DNA from: Callorhinchus milii
Lineage: Eukaryota
Reading direction: 5' to 3'
NCBI RefSeq assembly: GCF_018977255.1
Contig: NW_024704742.1
Location: forward strand, 28,832,001-28,896,000
Length of the DNA: 64,000 nt
The notes under the pieces are model-generated. The model worked only from the letters and a program-made list of their open reading frames with translations, ran no database searches and was not told where the DNA came from. Position 1 is the stretch's first letter. Every line of letters begins with the position of its first letter. The position numbers were made by a program, and so were the translations under genes. Positions 12,190 to 23,953 of this stretch are shown piece after piece.

Positions 12190-12705
12190 AGCTTGGCTCA
12201 TTTAGCAGCACTGTTGCTCCTCAGTCAGAACTCTATGGGTTTAAGCCCAACATCAGATTTGAGCTCATAATCATAGCTAACACCCGTAAGAGCGGCACAC
12301 TTTAGGAGGTGTCATTCTATGTATAAGCAGGTCCTGTCTGTCAGTTTCCAGGTGGATATTAAAGATACATGACTCTGTTTGAAAAAGGTGCTGAGAGCCA
12401 GGAATCCTTTTGAGCAGCTTGGAGGCTGCAACTGAGCCAAGTTTCCAGCCCATACCCTTGGGCAGAGAAGTTGATTGATTCAGCAGGCATTGAATAGACA
12501 GAGCAGCTTGTCTTGATGTCCTGGCCAGTGATACTGCACATAAAATTGATCATTAACTTCAAGGAAGTTTATGAATATTGCTGTGCACAAATTGGCTGCT
12601 GCATTCACCAGAATTACACAGTCACTACACTGCACGTCACAGTAAAAATCTTGAAAAGCACTTTGAGATGTTTTGACATGTGATTGCAATGATATCAAAT
12701 GCAAT
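12190..12705 (+). mobile_element. Deu-domain SINE with an internal insertion of about 115 bp
   Basis: Head tggctcatttagcagcactg...tcagtcagaa; ggtggatattaaagat; gtcctggcc; gctgtgcacaaattggctgc; degenerate tail. Confidence 0.75.
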
Positions 12706-14140
12706 AGGGGAAAAAATATTCCAGTCTAATTTCCAATATTTCCATGTGGACTTTGCTTCCTTTAATTCAGAATAAGTCATGCCAACCTCTGCTCCATGTG
12801 ATCTATTTCCATACTGAGGTACCCAAAATGACAATGGGAATGCTTAAGAAATCTAGCTAAGAAATAACCACTAATGTGTAGGAAAAAACAATTGAAATAA
12901 CTGAAGAGAGCTATGAATTGCTGCTTTACAACTCAGGAAATTCATGGCTATGATTGATTGTTAAGTTGTTTTGATTTTAGATATGACACTGACTCATAAA
13001 CACAATTTTTGCCATGAGCTGTTCAATTTGCTATCATTAGAAAACAATAGTTTGAGTTGTATTAATAATTACTTCATGCTTCTTGAAAGATCAAGCGTAT
13101 TAGACTTGATCTAGCCATGAGGTACACAACAATGAGTGCTTGGATTTAGACTGTTCACACCTTCATCCCAGAAGCATAACAACAACAACAACATTACATT
13201 TGTATAGCGCCTTTCATGTTGGGAGGACGTCCCAAGGCGCATAAGAACAAGACCAGATGAGACGATTGATAAACTTGCTCCGAATTCCAAACATGCCATT
13301 GTGTGCTATCTTTCCTATCCCGCCTGTCTACTCACACAGCTCCTTATCTGCAAAACTATAGCTATAAGTTTGCAGGAGAAAAGGGTCATATCAGTATTTG
13401 CATGCAGTACAGCAATCTCGACAACTTATGATGGAATGAATGGCGCAGTGGTGAGAGTTAAGCTGTTTATTTACAATATAATCAATGGTTATCTTACAAA
13501 TGAATTTCCCTGCATGCCACAATAGTTTATAAAAATATATATTTCTTTCCCAGCTTCATGCCATTCCTTTCAGAAGGCTTCACCCTTGGGTCCTATCTAC
13601 CTCCTGCTGTTAGCCCAGTTCCCTACTCATTTTCAGACTGTTGCTTGATTCACAATACAGTATACAGTAATTGTACTTTGAGATGGGCTCCCAAATGTGA
13701 AAGACAGTATATAAATGTAAATTATATTGTAAAATTGTTTTGTGTTGATTCACAAGTTGCCAGCTAGAGAGAGAAAGAGAGATATGCAACCCCACACAGG
13801 GAAGATACATTTCAAAGTAATTCATGGGTGAACATATTTTCCCCAATAAGCACAAAATTAGACTTTGGCACGAAAACACCATTTACCATAATACAAGCTA
13901 TTAGAACATTTGCTGGTATCCACCAAGAAGAGAATTCAGTCCCAAATTTCAAGAAGCCAAAGTTGCTGCCGCCAACACAGACACTGAAAAACACTGAGGA
14001 AAATCTAGTTAGAACACGTAGAAATACAGATTATCCCAATCAAACCAGCATAAAACATTTTCCATCAGGTTTTCTTTCACCTTCTCCATGTTACTTCTAT
14101 CAACAGTTCTAAACTGTAATTTTCAAATTCAATATTTATG

Positions 14141-14500
14141 TAATAATAATAATCCTTGCATTTGATATAGTGTCTTATCATGTAGCCGAAGTGTCTCAAA
14201 GTACTTCAAATAATTTTTTACTGTCACATATAGTGACTGTGTAATTGTCTACAAATACACGACAGAAGCCAATTAATGCAGAGCAACGTCCCACAAAGAG
14301 GCATGAAATGAATGACCAAATCTGGCCAGGACGAGGAGAAACTCCCTTCTCTTTTTGAATAATGCCATAGGATCTTAACGTCCATCTGAACAGGCAGACA
14401 AACTGGTTCTGTGATTAACAACTCACCTGAAAGACAGCACCTCCAACAATTCAGCACTCCTCCAGCGCTGCAATGGAGTGTCAACCTGGACTATGAGCTC
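14141..14500 (-). mobile_element. Deu-domain SINE
   Basis: ggagaaactcccttctctttttgaataatgccataggatcttaacgtccatctgaacaggcagac...tggagtgtcaacc; (TAA)n tail. Confidence 0.85.
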
Positions 14501-14741
14501 ATTTTATCCCACTTTGAGGGAATATTGTTGTATAAAATGCACATTCATGCTTGTGTTCTCCAATTGGAGCAAATGGCCTCTTTTCATTAAGATCCAGTAC
14601 ATTCTGCCTTAAACGTCTTCATAGCCTCCTTAACCTGTTCTCAGTGAGACAACTAAAACTGGTCATAATACTGGAGAATATTAATATACATAGATACTGC
14701 AACAAACCTCCGCAATTACAAAGCCATAAAAAGAAGCAGAG

Positions 14742-15257
14742 TGTTAGGAAAAACACTTTTCTTTCAAGTTCCAATCAAACCACTGTTTGCAACCAGAGCG
14801 GTGCTTATTAAACTGCAGGATCCATCCAAGTTCCCGATGGGCGTGGGCAAGTAAGCACAATCAATAGATTCACTAACAGAACAATAGTACCGTGTAATCC
14901 CTCCTCGTGGTCGTCTACTTCTGCTTTCTAGCTCTCAGTCTTCCATCCACGGTAGGTACTGTCCTGGGCGCCCCGATCTTGGTCTGGCACAGTGTCTTAA
15001 GCTTGTGTCCATCCAATCATGGTGCGGACATTAGATCACCTGGCGAAAATCATGCTGGGTTCAAGTGAACATCTCATGGAGTGTACGTGCCTCACACACA
15101 CAAACACACTGTCCTGAGACAGTCCGTTATCTTGTGTACTTGCAGGGCAGTAGTACACATCTTATCCTTCAGACACTCACGTGATCCTGGGAAACTCATG
15201 AGTTTCAGTCCAGCTGCCCACAACACACTTAACTTAAAAGGTAACCCGTTCGCAACA
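14742..15257 (-). mobile_element. Putative solo LTR
   Basis: 516-bp CpG-enriched block bounded by TGTT...AACA. The minus strand has ATTGG, then a TATA-like cttaaga, an AATAAG poly(A)-like signal, and a T-rich end ttcctaaca. No target-site duplication seen. Confidence 0.45.
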
Positions 15258-16369
15258 TCTATTATGATTCTAACATTATACAAAAAGTGTAAATTCTAAC
15301 AAGAGAGAATTATTGCTGCTGAGCCAATTTAGGGTGAAACATTGCAAGAAAGAAAGTACAACCCGTTTAAATCTATAACTTATCAATTGAAATTTAAGCA
15401 CTACTGCACAATCGCCAGACTGTAAATAAACTTTTGCAACATAAACAGTGTGAGAGCAAAAGTGTTTTGAATGGGGAGGAGATGGCCAAGGAGACTCAAT
15501 TGAGTGTAAAAAGCCTCTTTAATTGGAACATATCTTTAATAATAAAACTTCTGCTTATTCAAATTGTTTCTATTAACTCTTATTGTAAAATGTATGCCTG
15601 GATAAATATTCTCTTTAATTGATTGCTTGCAGTAACGGCACAGATTACTTTGAGTGTGCTGCAAACTAATATAATTATTGCTTGCGTTAACATAATAGCA
15701 ACAATTGGACTGTGTTGCATACTGACATAATTTGTTGCCATATCTGTGGTTAATGGAAGCATGATTAATATGAATATTTCAATACAGGATGCATTGGTAA
15801 GCACCAATGCCTAAAAGTCGAGTCTCACTGTATTAAGTTTGTCTGGGTTTTGTTCATTTGATAAATAGGATGAATGCATTTATAGTCTACCTCCCAATTA
15901 ACTTGCTTCAACTGTATTTTTTATGTTGAAAATTCCAGAGAGAGCAGAAATAAACTTGGACTGAAGGATATCCCCAATTTCAGCTTTGGCCTATATAAAC
16001 AATGAATCTGTGAAGGGTTCATATTGGAGGAGAAATAAATAACTTGTATTGTTATACTGGAACAACATTACATTGCAAAGTAATCAATGGAATAAGCATT
16101 TCAGAATAATTACCACAATGATTGTGGTAGTGACTGTATTTTGTAGGCAAATGTAGCAAACATTTTGCACAACGAGGTCCTATGAACAGCTTTGAGGTGA
16201 TTGATTGATTAATCTATTGGATCATTGGAGCATGAGAAAAGAGCAGATAGTGTGCACTACAACCATTAGGTGCTCATAATGTACAGGGCTTCATTTCCTG
16301 AATGAGATATTAGATAAATTTCTTTTAGAAATTTTTTTGGGGGGATATAGTATATGAGTTTGAGACATG

Positions 16370-16567
16370 ACAAGTGTGGAATGCCTTCAAGAACTAGGCA
16401 ACTTTGGAACTAAGGTTCCCAAAGCTTCCACTGTGATTGTAGACTAATCCATACAGAATTAATTGCTATCAAAATCTCCATTATTGTAGCATGTGACTAC
16501 CAGAACGGTAGAAAATGGACTAGATGAACTTTAATCATTTTTGTCTAGCAATTCCTATGTTCCTATG
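16370..16567 (+). mobile_element. Old CR1-type LINE 3' end
   Basis: gtgtggaatgcc...atggactagatgaact...attcctatgttcctatg (CR1-type 8-mer tail). Confidence 0.6.
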
Positions 16568-16917
16568 AGTTTACATGCCCCAATGGTGTCACAGACGACT
16601 ATTTGGATGTGTGAAGTTTGGTAAATGGCAATAGTCAGGCAAACTGTTTAAGGCATAAATTGTCATCCTTCAGTAATTTTAAGAGCAGTACCATCCATGC
16701 TAAATACATGATCATGCAAAGTAGACACATCTATTGATCCCACAGAATATTGTCAGAGTTTAATGCACATGTACAATCGAGAAAAAAGAAAGATTTCAGC
16801 ATGAATTTTTTCAAAGTTTCATTTTACCACACTGCTTAGAGGTTTAAAAAATAAATCTCTCTGAAGCTGATCTGTTCTTAGCAATGAAATTGAAGTGAAA
16901 GGGTGAAAGCCCCAATC

Positions 16918-17405
16918 ACTCTACCATTGGTGGTCGGGCCTTCAGCCTCTCAGCCCCGAGGCTCTGGAACTCTATCCCCCAGTGCCTTCGCCTTGCTTCC
17001 TCCCTCTCCTCCTTCAAGGCCGGTCTCAAAACCTTTCTCTTTGACCGAGCCTTCAGCTCCCCTCTCGACTCTCTACCCCCTCCTCGCTCCCTCCCATCCC
17101 TCCCCTCACCCTGACCATTTCCCCCCTCCTCGCTCCCTTCCCTCCCCTCACCCTGACCATTTCCCCCCTGCTCACTCCCTCCCTTCCTTCCCCTCACCCT
17201 GACCATTTCCCCCCTCCTCGCTCCCTCCCTTCCCTCCCCTCACCCTGACCATTTCCCCCCTCCTCGCTCCCTCCCTTCCCTCCCCTCACCCTGACCATTT
17301 CCCCCCAATGCTCGGGTCATGACCCAACTGTGCAGCGCCTTGGGACGTCCTCCTGACGTGAAAGGCGCTTTATAAATGGAATCTTGTTGTTGTTGTTGTT
17401 GTTGA
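16918..17405 (+). mobile_element. L2 LINE 3' end containing a minisatellite
   Basis: ctaccattggtggtcgggccttcagc...ctctggaact...gcgccttgggacgtcctcctgacgtgaaaggcgc...(TTG)n. Confidence 0.9.
17076..17306. repeat. C-rich minisatellite, 5 copies of about 46 bp
   Basis: caccctgaccattt ends at 17120, 17162, 17208, 17254 and 17300 (periods 42, 46, 46, 46). Confidence 0.9.
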
Positions 17406-18074
17406 TATTCTGAGATGTACATTCTGTAAAACCTATTGCCTATGTGCTTGTGACCAGTGTTAAGTTGAATTCAAAACTTTTAATTTCTGTTGCCCTAAAT
17501 AGTTTAATATGTTCAGATAGGCTGTTCATTTTATCTGCGAACAGTTTAGTCTTCTCTTTTTGATCCAATTACCTCCTAAAGTATGCTAACAGGGTTCTGG
17601 ACTAAATCTATGGATTAAGGCACCAGTTATCACAACAGCACAGGAGAGAGAAAGAGTTGTCTTGGCAATCAGGTACTGTCAGCCATCCTAACCCCCAGCA
17701 TAACAATATTTTTTTAGAACAGACTAATGAAGACTCTGGAGAAACAGCACACTTCTGCAAGTAACGGTATTTTGAAATATTTAACGTGTTCAGAACTGTG
17801 TTGAATTAATTTACAGCCCTGATAATATATAATTTATAACTCTTAATATGAAACGCTTTTGCTCGCTTTACTCTTGGCAGTTGTAGCACAAGCTGGATTA
17901 GTTGACATATATCCGTGTAACAGAATACAGATGTCAAAAGGCCATTATCCTGGCTCCATTTATTTAATGTGCACTGTGTCTTTATTAACTGTTCATCACA
18001 GGGAGTGATATCTTCAAGAACAATCAATCCCAAACAAACAATGGAGAGTTTAAGCAATTTCAGACACATTCGGT

Positions 18075-19372
18075 ACAACAATAACAACAAAATTACATCT
18101 GTATAGCACCTTTCACGTTGGGAGGACGTCCCAAGGCACTGGACAGACAGAGTTACTGACTCGAGCTGGGGGTCGGGGTGGGGGAAGGTAGAGGGCAAGG
18201 GGGGAAGCGGGGAGATCGAAAGCACGATCGAAGAGATGGGTTTTGAAGGTGGCGAGGGAGGGGATGAGGCAGAGGGACTGCGGGATGGAGTTCCAGAGGG
18301 TGGGAGCAGAGTGTCAGAAGGTTTGCCCGCCAATAGTGGGCTGAGCGAGGCGGGGGACGAGAAACAGGCCGGAACCTGCTGAGTGGAGGGAGCCAGTAGG
18401 ATGGTAAGGGGTTAGGAGGTCTCAGAGGTCGGGGGGAGCAAGACCATGAAGGTAAGGACCAGGATCTTGAACTGTATCCTCTGTGTGATGGGAAGCCCGT
18501 GGAGTTGGGCGAGGATGGGTGATAGGGTCGCGGAGCCTAGTGCGGGAGAGGACACGGGCTGCAGAGTTCTGGATGATCTGCAGCCTGTGGAGGGAGGAGT
18601 TGGGGAGGCCAACAAGCAATGAGTTTACATAGTCGAGCCTCGATGTAATGAAAGCATTTATGAGGGATTAGACGGCCTGCGGTGTGAGACAGTGGCCGAG
18701 CCGGGCGATGCTGCGAAGGTGGGGGAAGGCAGAGCAGGTCATGGCACAGATGTGGGGTAGAAAGGATAATTGAGGGTCAAACAAGACCCCAAGATTCCGG
18801 ACTGGCTTAGTAAGATGGAGTGTGCATCCATGGATGGTGATGCTGTCAGCGCCTGAGGTGAGGAGGCGCTGACGGGAGCCAATCAGGAGAGCCTTTGTCT
18901 TGTTGACGTTCAACTGAAGAAAATTAGCTCTCATCCAGGACTTGATGTCTGAGAGACATTCTGTCAGGACAGCAGTGGTTCAGGAGTCAAGGGTGGAGGC
19001 AGAGAGGGAGAGTTGGGTGCCATACGCATACATGTGGAAATTGACCCCATGTCTGCGGATGATGTCACCAAGAGGGAGCATATAGATACTGAAGAGGAGG
19101 GGACGAAGCACAGAGCCCTGAGGAAAGCCACATGAGTCGGTCCAGGGGCTCGAGGAGAAGCCGTTTGAGGAGATGAAGTGCAGGCAGTGCGAGAGGTACG
19201 ATCTGAACCAGTCAAGGACAGAGCCATGAAGGTTGAGGTGAGAGGAGAGATGGTGGATGAGGATAGAGTGGTCGACGGTTTCGAAAGCAGCAGAGAGGTC
19301 AAGGAGGAAGAGGAGGCAGAGGGAGCTCTGGTCGCAGATGGACAGAATGTCATTTGTCACTTTGACCAGGGT
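18075..19372 (-). mobile_element. 5'-truncated L2 LINE (RT domain to 3' tail), frameshifted
   Basis: Peptides LLDLSAAFETVDHSIL, GFPQGSVLRPLLFSIYM, FHMYAYGTQL (YADD decayed), NFLQLNVNKTKALLIG, VRNLGVLFDPQLSF, LQIIQNSAARVL; (TTG)-type tail. Confidence 0.95.
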
Positions 19373-19544
19373 ACAGTACTTTGGAATAGTTTTTTATGTT
19401 GCATACATTTTTTTCTATGTTCTGTTAAATTATTCTGATACAGAGGGAAGTAGTTACAAATTGGTGGGGTCCACTTAACTGGGTGTAATCTCCTTTGTGG
19501 CCTGGCATTTCTTATGGTCTTAGCCTTAAGACCTTGGTCTTAGG

Positions 19545-19687
19545 ATGTAAGATTCTGCAGAATTTAGGAAATATCTCAAACTCAGATTTAATTTGGAAAC
19601 CGGTTTTCTGCAGTGCGAGTAATAAGAAACAGCTTCCAAATTAAGAGTGAATTTAAAGATTTGCTAAAATTGTGCAGAATCTTACAT
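19545..19687. repeat. Imperfect hairpin / MITE-like inverted repeat
   Basis: atgtaagattctgcag...ttaatttggaaac...ttct / agaaacagcttccaaattaa...tgcagaatcttacat; arms about 65 bp, loop about 15 nt. Confidence 0.8.
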
Positions 19688-20149
19688 TTTGAAGCCTGGT
19701 TTTAGTCTTAAATCTAAACCTGGCCTCAGATTTTGCGTGTTGTTCAGTACTATCCACCACTTTTCATTCTGTCCCAGTGAGAAATGCTCGGAAAAGACAC
19801 AATGAGCTGATCAATTCACTTCTGGGCAAAACATTTCCACATTTCGAATAGTTTCTAACTGGCAATAAGAGAATTTTTCCCACTTTACTCATCCCCTGAT
19901 GGCAGTAATTCCTGCTGGCAACAACAACCTACATTTATATAGCACCTCGGAGCTTTTTAAGTTTGGATAGAGTCAACAGGCTAGCTGACTCTGGTGAGTG
20001 ACATTTTGGTCCAGGATAAACCTGCCCTCATCCAGAATCCATATACATGTACCTTACAGAAGGCTGTATTCAACGGAAATCTGAATGGAAGCCCTGGCTG
20101 AATTTTTTCTCTTTTATCGTGTAGATCACCAACTAGTGACTATGCTCCT

Positions 20150-20795
20150 CGGGATGGGGAGCAGGGGAGAGAGAGTAAGTAGCATCTTTTTGGAGATAAG
20201 CTGACTCCAAGGTAACGTTATTGGCACTGGATTGTCAGAATCCAGCCAACCCACTACGGTCACAGTAGTCTAGATTCTAAGCCAAGTAGTTCTCTAGGAG
20301 TCCACAGTACAGTTGATGACAGAATAGTCAGCATGGCTCCTTGGCAAGGGAAAGGGTTTCTTTCCACTCAGCTCCCAATAACCCTATAAGCCAAAGTCCT
20401 AACAAGTAGGGTGGTACCAGTCAGACGAGCAGTGGGAAGCTTGCCAGACAATAATAATAATCCTTGTATTTCATATAGCTTTCCATCACATCTTCAAGAA
20501 GTCTGAAAGCGCTTCACAGAATATACTGTAAAGTGAATTGACTGTACATTTTGTGAGCGAAACGTGGCAGCCAATTACGCACAGCAGTGTCCCACAAACA
20601 GTCATGGATTGAGCGACCAAATTATTATTTTTCGAAAATAAAATTTGAAGGGTAAGGTATGGCAAAATCTCAATGGCAAGCTATGCTTTAGCTGGCTAAC
20701 TCCAGTAGTATCCCAACATACATCCTGGAATCCCAAAGCCAAAATTCTGGCCAAGCTGTGCCTAACCCTCTTTGGAATTACATAAGTGGGGTACA
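20150..20795 (+). mobile_element. Family Y repeat interrupted by a minus-strand SINE (about 20451-20630)
   Basis: gcttgccagaca|SINE|ctcaatggcaagc, compared with uninterrupted gcttgccagacagtgcactcaatggcaa at 36710-36737. Confidence 0.7.
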
Positions 20796-21593
20796 TTGCT
20801 TTAATTGCCTAAACTATTATCTCTTCGACCCCGTGACCCTGCCTATGGTCACCTTGTCCCATGGTTTGATGTCCAGTACCATCTTGGGAAAGAGCTCTGA
20901 GACCTGAATGCAACTAGTTGATGGTTCCACTTCTGTCTTGGTTTTACACACGACTAGTAGGTATATATTTTCACAGCGTAGTGATATTTGTAGACACTTA
21001 ATTAAAAGGCACACGGGGCTAGTGAGCCATATAGTTTATATGCCTCATCCCAATCGATTATTTTAAATCAAGGCATTACGACCTCACAAACTTGACCATG
21101 TCCAGCAGGTAGGTTAAGTAGATAACTGTTTCAACTGGATCATTTGCCGCAGTCAAACCGGTCCCTCCATTGGATGCAATACTTCTATGTGCCTCAAATA
21201 GATTAAACGTCAATCAGATGGGTCAAAGAATAAATGACTCTCTGAGCGAATACAGGTTGACTAATTTGTTCCCTCACTAAATAAATTAGTTACAGACTGA
21301 ATTCATTGTTAAAAGAATTAAGCTTTGAATCAATGAATTGCTAGATTAACTGACCGCTGAACAAATGAATTATCCATTTTCATCAGTGAATACATTAGTT
21401 GTGTACTATGTTACTTCAGAATAAATTACTGGAGGAATAAGTGTATCACAATTCAGACGGGCTACTGAATAATTTAATTATTCATTTCATTACTTACACA
21501 GAAGAAGTTAGCTGTTCGTGGTATTAGGAGAAAACAATTAAATGATGCAATAAAATGTCACTGACTAGATTTAATTATGGTTACCTTTGCTAA

Positions 21594-22120
21594 TTTTTTT
21601 TGGTCAGCTGGGTATCTCACACATGTGTAAACCCATCCCAATGCTTAAAAGTATTCAAACCAAACTGAGAGTTTCACATATGAATGCCACCTACACATGG
21701 AATTTCCCGTGTCTGAAATGGACTGTGTGCTGTCTTCTCAGAGAGAGTTTGTGGTATGGCTGGCGTTTAACCAGCTAAAACTGCATAGCTTACCATTGAG
21801 AGCGCTGTCTGGCAAGTTTATTCCTGCTAGTTTAGCTAAAACCTCTCTACCTGTTCAAGCTATCAGTTATGGGATTAACAGAGCTGCTTGGGAAAAATTT
21901 TTATTCCCAGTGACTGGACTGCCCCGCCAAGTCCTGTTGATGAGCCAGTTTGTTCTACCAATAGCAGTGCCCTGCAGTACTGTTGACTTGCCTCACAGCG
22001 GAACAAGACTACCAAGACCACCACAGAGGGTTGACTCAATTCCAACATTCTGTTGCCAAGCAAGTCACTTTGAAACCAGCTCAACTCCAAGGAGAACCCA
22101 CTCACCTCTACTCAAGGGAG
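21594..22120 (-). mobile_element. Unclassified poly(A)-ended repeat (family Y)
   Basis: Starts with a T-run plus ggtcagctgggt. The distal part (accaccacagagggttgactcaattcc) matches the reverse of 36470-36510. Confidence 0.75.
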
Positions 22121-22284
22121 ATAGTCAGATAAATTAATGGGCATATAATTGTTTATTGACAAGATCATTATGTGTTATTCTGCATGCCTAGGCTACTCGA
22201 AGAGATTTAAATCCTCGAACCTAACTCTCAAAATTTCTGCTTTACTTTCCTGAGGGCATTGGAGTGAAAATTATGACTAGTATT

Positions 22285-23575
22285 GTAATGTGGCAGAGGT
22301 GGAGGAAGGCAGTCCTGGTCAGGGAATGGATGTGGGGGAGGAAGGACAGCTGAGAGTCAAACCGGATGCCCAGATTGCGCACTGGCTCGGTGAGTCTGAG
22401 GGAAAGCCTAGAGAGGTTGAGGAGTATAGATCTGCAGCAGTGAAGTCGTTGTCAACAACAACAACAACTTGACTTTATTTAGCGCCCTCCACGCTGGAAG
22501 GCATCTCAGAGCGCTTCACAGTAACGGATCCCGGGACCGAGCCAGAGGGAGGGGGAGGAAGGTGACCAAAGGCACGGTCGAAAAGAAAAGTCTTCAGCAG
22601 AGACCAGAAAATAGGAAGAGAGGGGACGAGGCAAAGGGGGTGAGGAAGGGAGTTCCAGAGGTTCAGGGAATAATGGTTGAAGGCACGGCCGCCGAGAGTG
22701 GAGAGGAGGACTCGGGGGGCAAGGAGGAGGCCAGACTCGGAGAAACGAGGGGAACGGGTACTGTTTTGAGAAGAGAGGAGGTCAGAGAAGTAGGGGGGTG
22801 CCGAGGAGTGGAGGGATTTGAAGACAAGGGTGAGGATCTTGAAGTTGACCTTCTCTGGGACAGGCAGCCAGTGCAGTCTGGCAAGGACTGGGGTAATCGG
22901 GGATCGGAGTTTGGTGCGGGTGAGAATGCGGGCGGCAGATTTTTGAATAAACTGGATTTTATGGATGGTAGTGGAGGGGAGACCGGCGAGGAGCCAAGGA
23001 GTATGGCTTCCGTCTTGTCCATATTCAGCCTCAGGAAGTTTATACTCATCCAGGCCCTGATATCTGTCAGATAAGCAGATAGAACATCGGTGGACCTGGT
23101 ACTGAAGAAGGCAAAGAAGATTTGTGTGTCATCCAAGTTTACCCCATGTCTGCGGATGACATCACCCAGAGAGAGCATATAGATAGGGAAAAGAAGAGGA
23201 CCAAGGATGGAGCCACAGGTACCCCGCACGTGACTGGGCGAGAGCGGGAGGAGAAACCATTTGTTGAGATGAAATGAATGCAATTAGTTAAGTAGAACTC
23301 GAACCATACGAGTTCGGTCCCACTAAGGTAGATGAGGCAGGAGAGGCGGTGGAGGAGGATGGCATGGTCAACTGTGTTAAACGCGGCAGAAAGATCCAGG
23401 AGGATGAAGAGGCAGAGGGAGCCCTGGTCACAGATAGAGAGAATGTGTTTGTGACTTTGAAAGTGCTGTCTCTGTGCTGTGAGCAGAGCGAAAACCAGAC
23501 TGCAGGGGCTCGAGGAGGGAATGGAGGGAGTGGTGTGACTGAAGGTGACTTTCTGGCTACTTCCTTACACTCCTT
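22285..23575 (-). mobile_element. Rearranged or nested L2 LINE fragments
   Basis: Peptides [55 protein letters not shown]; (TTG)n tail at 22454-22468; a further ORF2 piece VRNLGIRFDSQLSFLPHI at 22285-22453. Confidence 0.9.
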
Positions 23576-23919
23576 TGCCCCCATTTGTAATAAAATAGAA
23601 GTGGTTTGATCAATATGGTTATAATAAGAGTGTGAGTGTCAAACATACTAATTCTATTTCATAAAGTACCTTTCGTTATCTCACTGTTCTGTTCAAAAAG
23701 AGTACAAATAGCAACTAAGATAAAATTACACAAACATTTTACGAAATCAAAACACCAAACAATTTTAAATTATGTCAGTTCACTATTGTTGAAGGAATTG
23801 TTGTAGTGGGAAGCGTTGTCATTGAGTTTGATTGCTGGGGGAGCAGCTTTGAGGGGATGCAGGGCTAGTCCTGTGAAATCCAGACTGTTGAGAGGTATGC
23901 AACTGCACACACCGCTCCC

Positions 23920-23953
23920 CAGGGAGACATGTCCCACAGTTTGAGAACCTCTG
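23920..23953. mobile_element. hAT/Charlie-like terminal inverted repeat remnant
   Basis: cccacagtttgagaacctctg; the reverse, cagaggttctcaaactgtggg, resembles Charlie/MER5-type ends. No partner TIR identified. Confidence 0.45.

Noticed and set aside
13885..13983. Candidate minus-strand exon VCVGGSNFGFLKFGTEFSSWWIPANVLIACIM
   Set aside because: Weak donor (GTAAAT) and no recognisable homology.
17076..17306. CRISPR-like array
   Set aside because: Units are tandem with no unique spacers, lie within an L2, and there are no cas genes in this eukaryotic DNA.
21697..22137. 146-aa ORF with a 'paralog' at 36380-36616 (RPPxxVDSIxTFxCQA)
   Set aside because: The similarity reflects the family Y repeat at DNA level. 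The frame is not preserved between copies.
22469..23283. Longest ORFs (201 aa and 206 aa) as host genes
   Set aside because: They are antisense or frameshifted readings of L2 ORF2.
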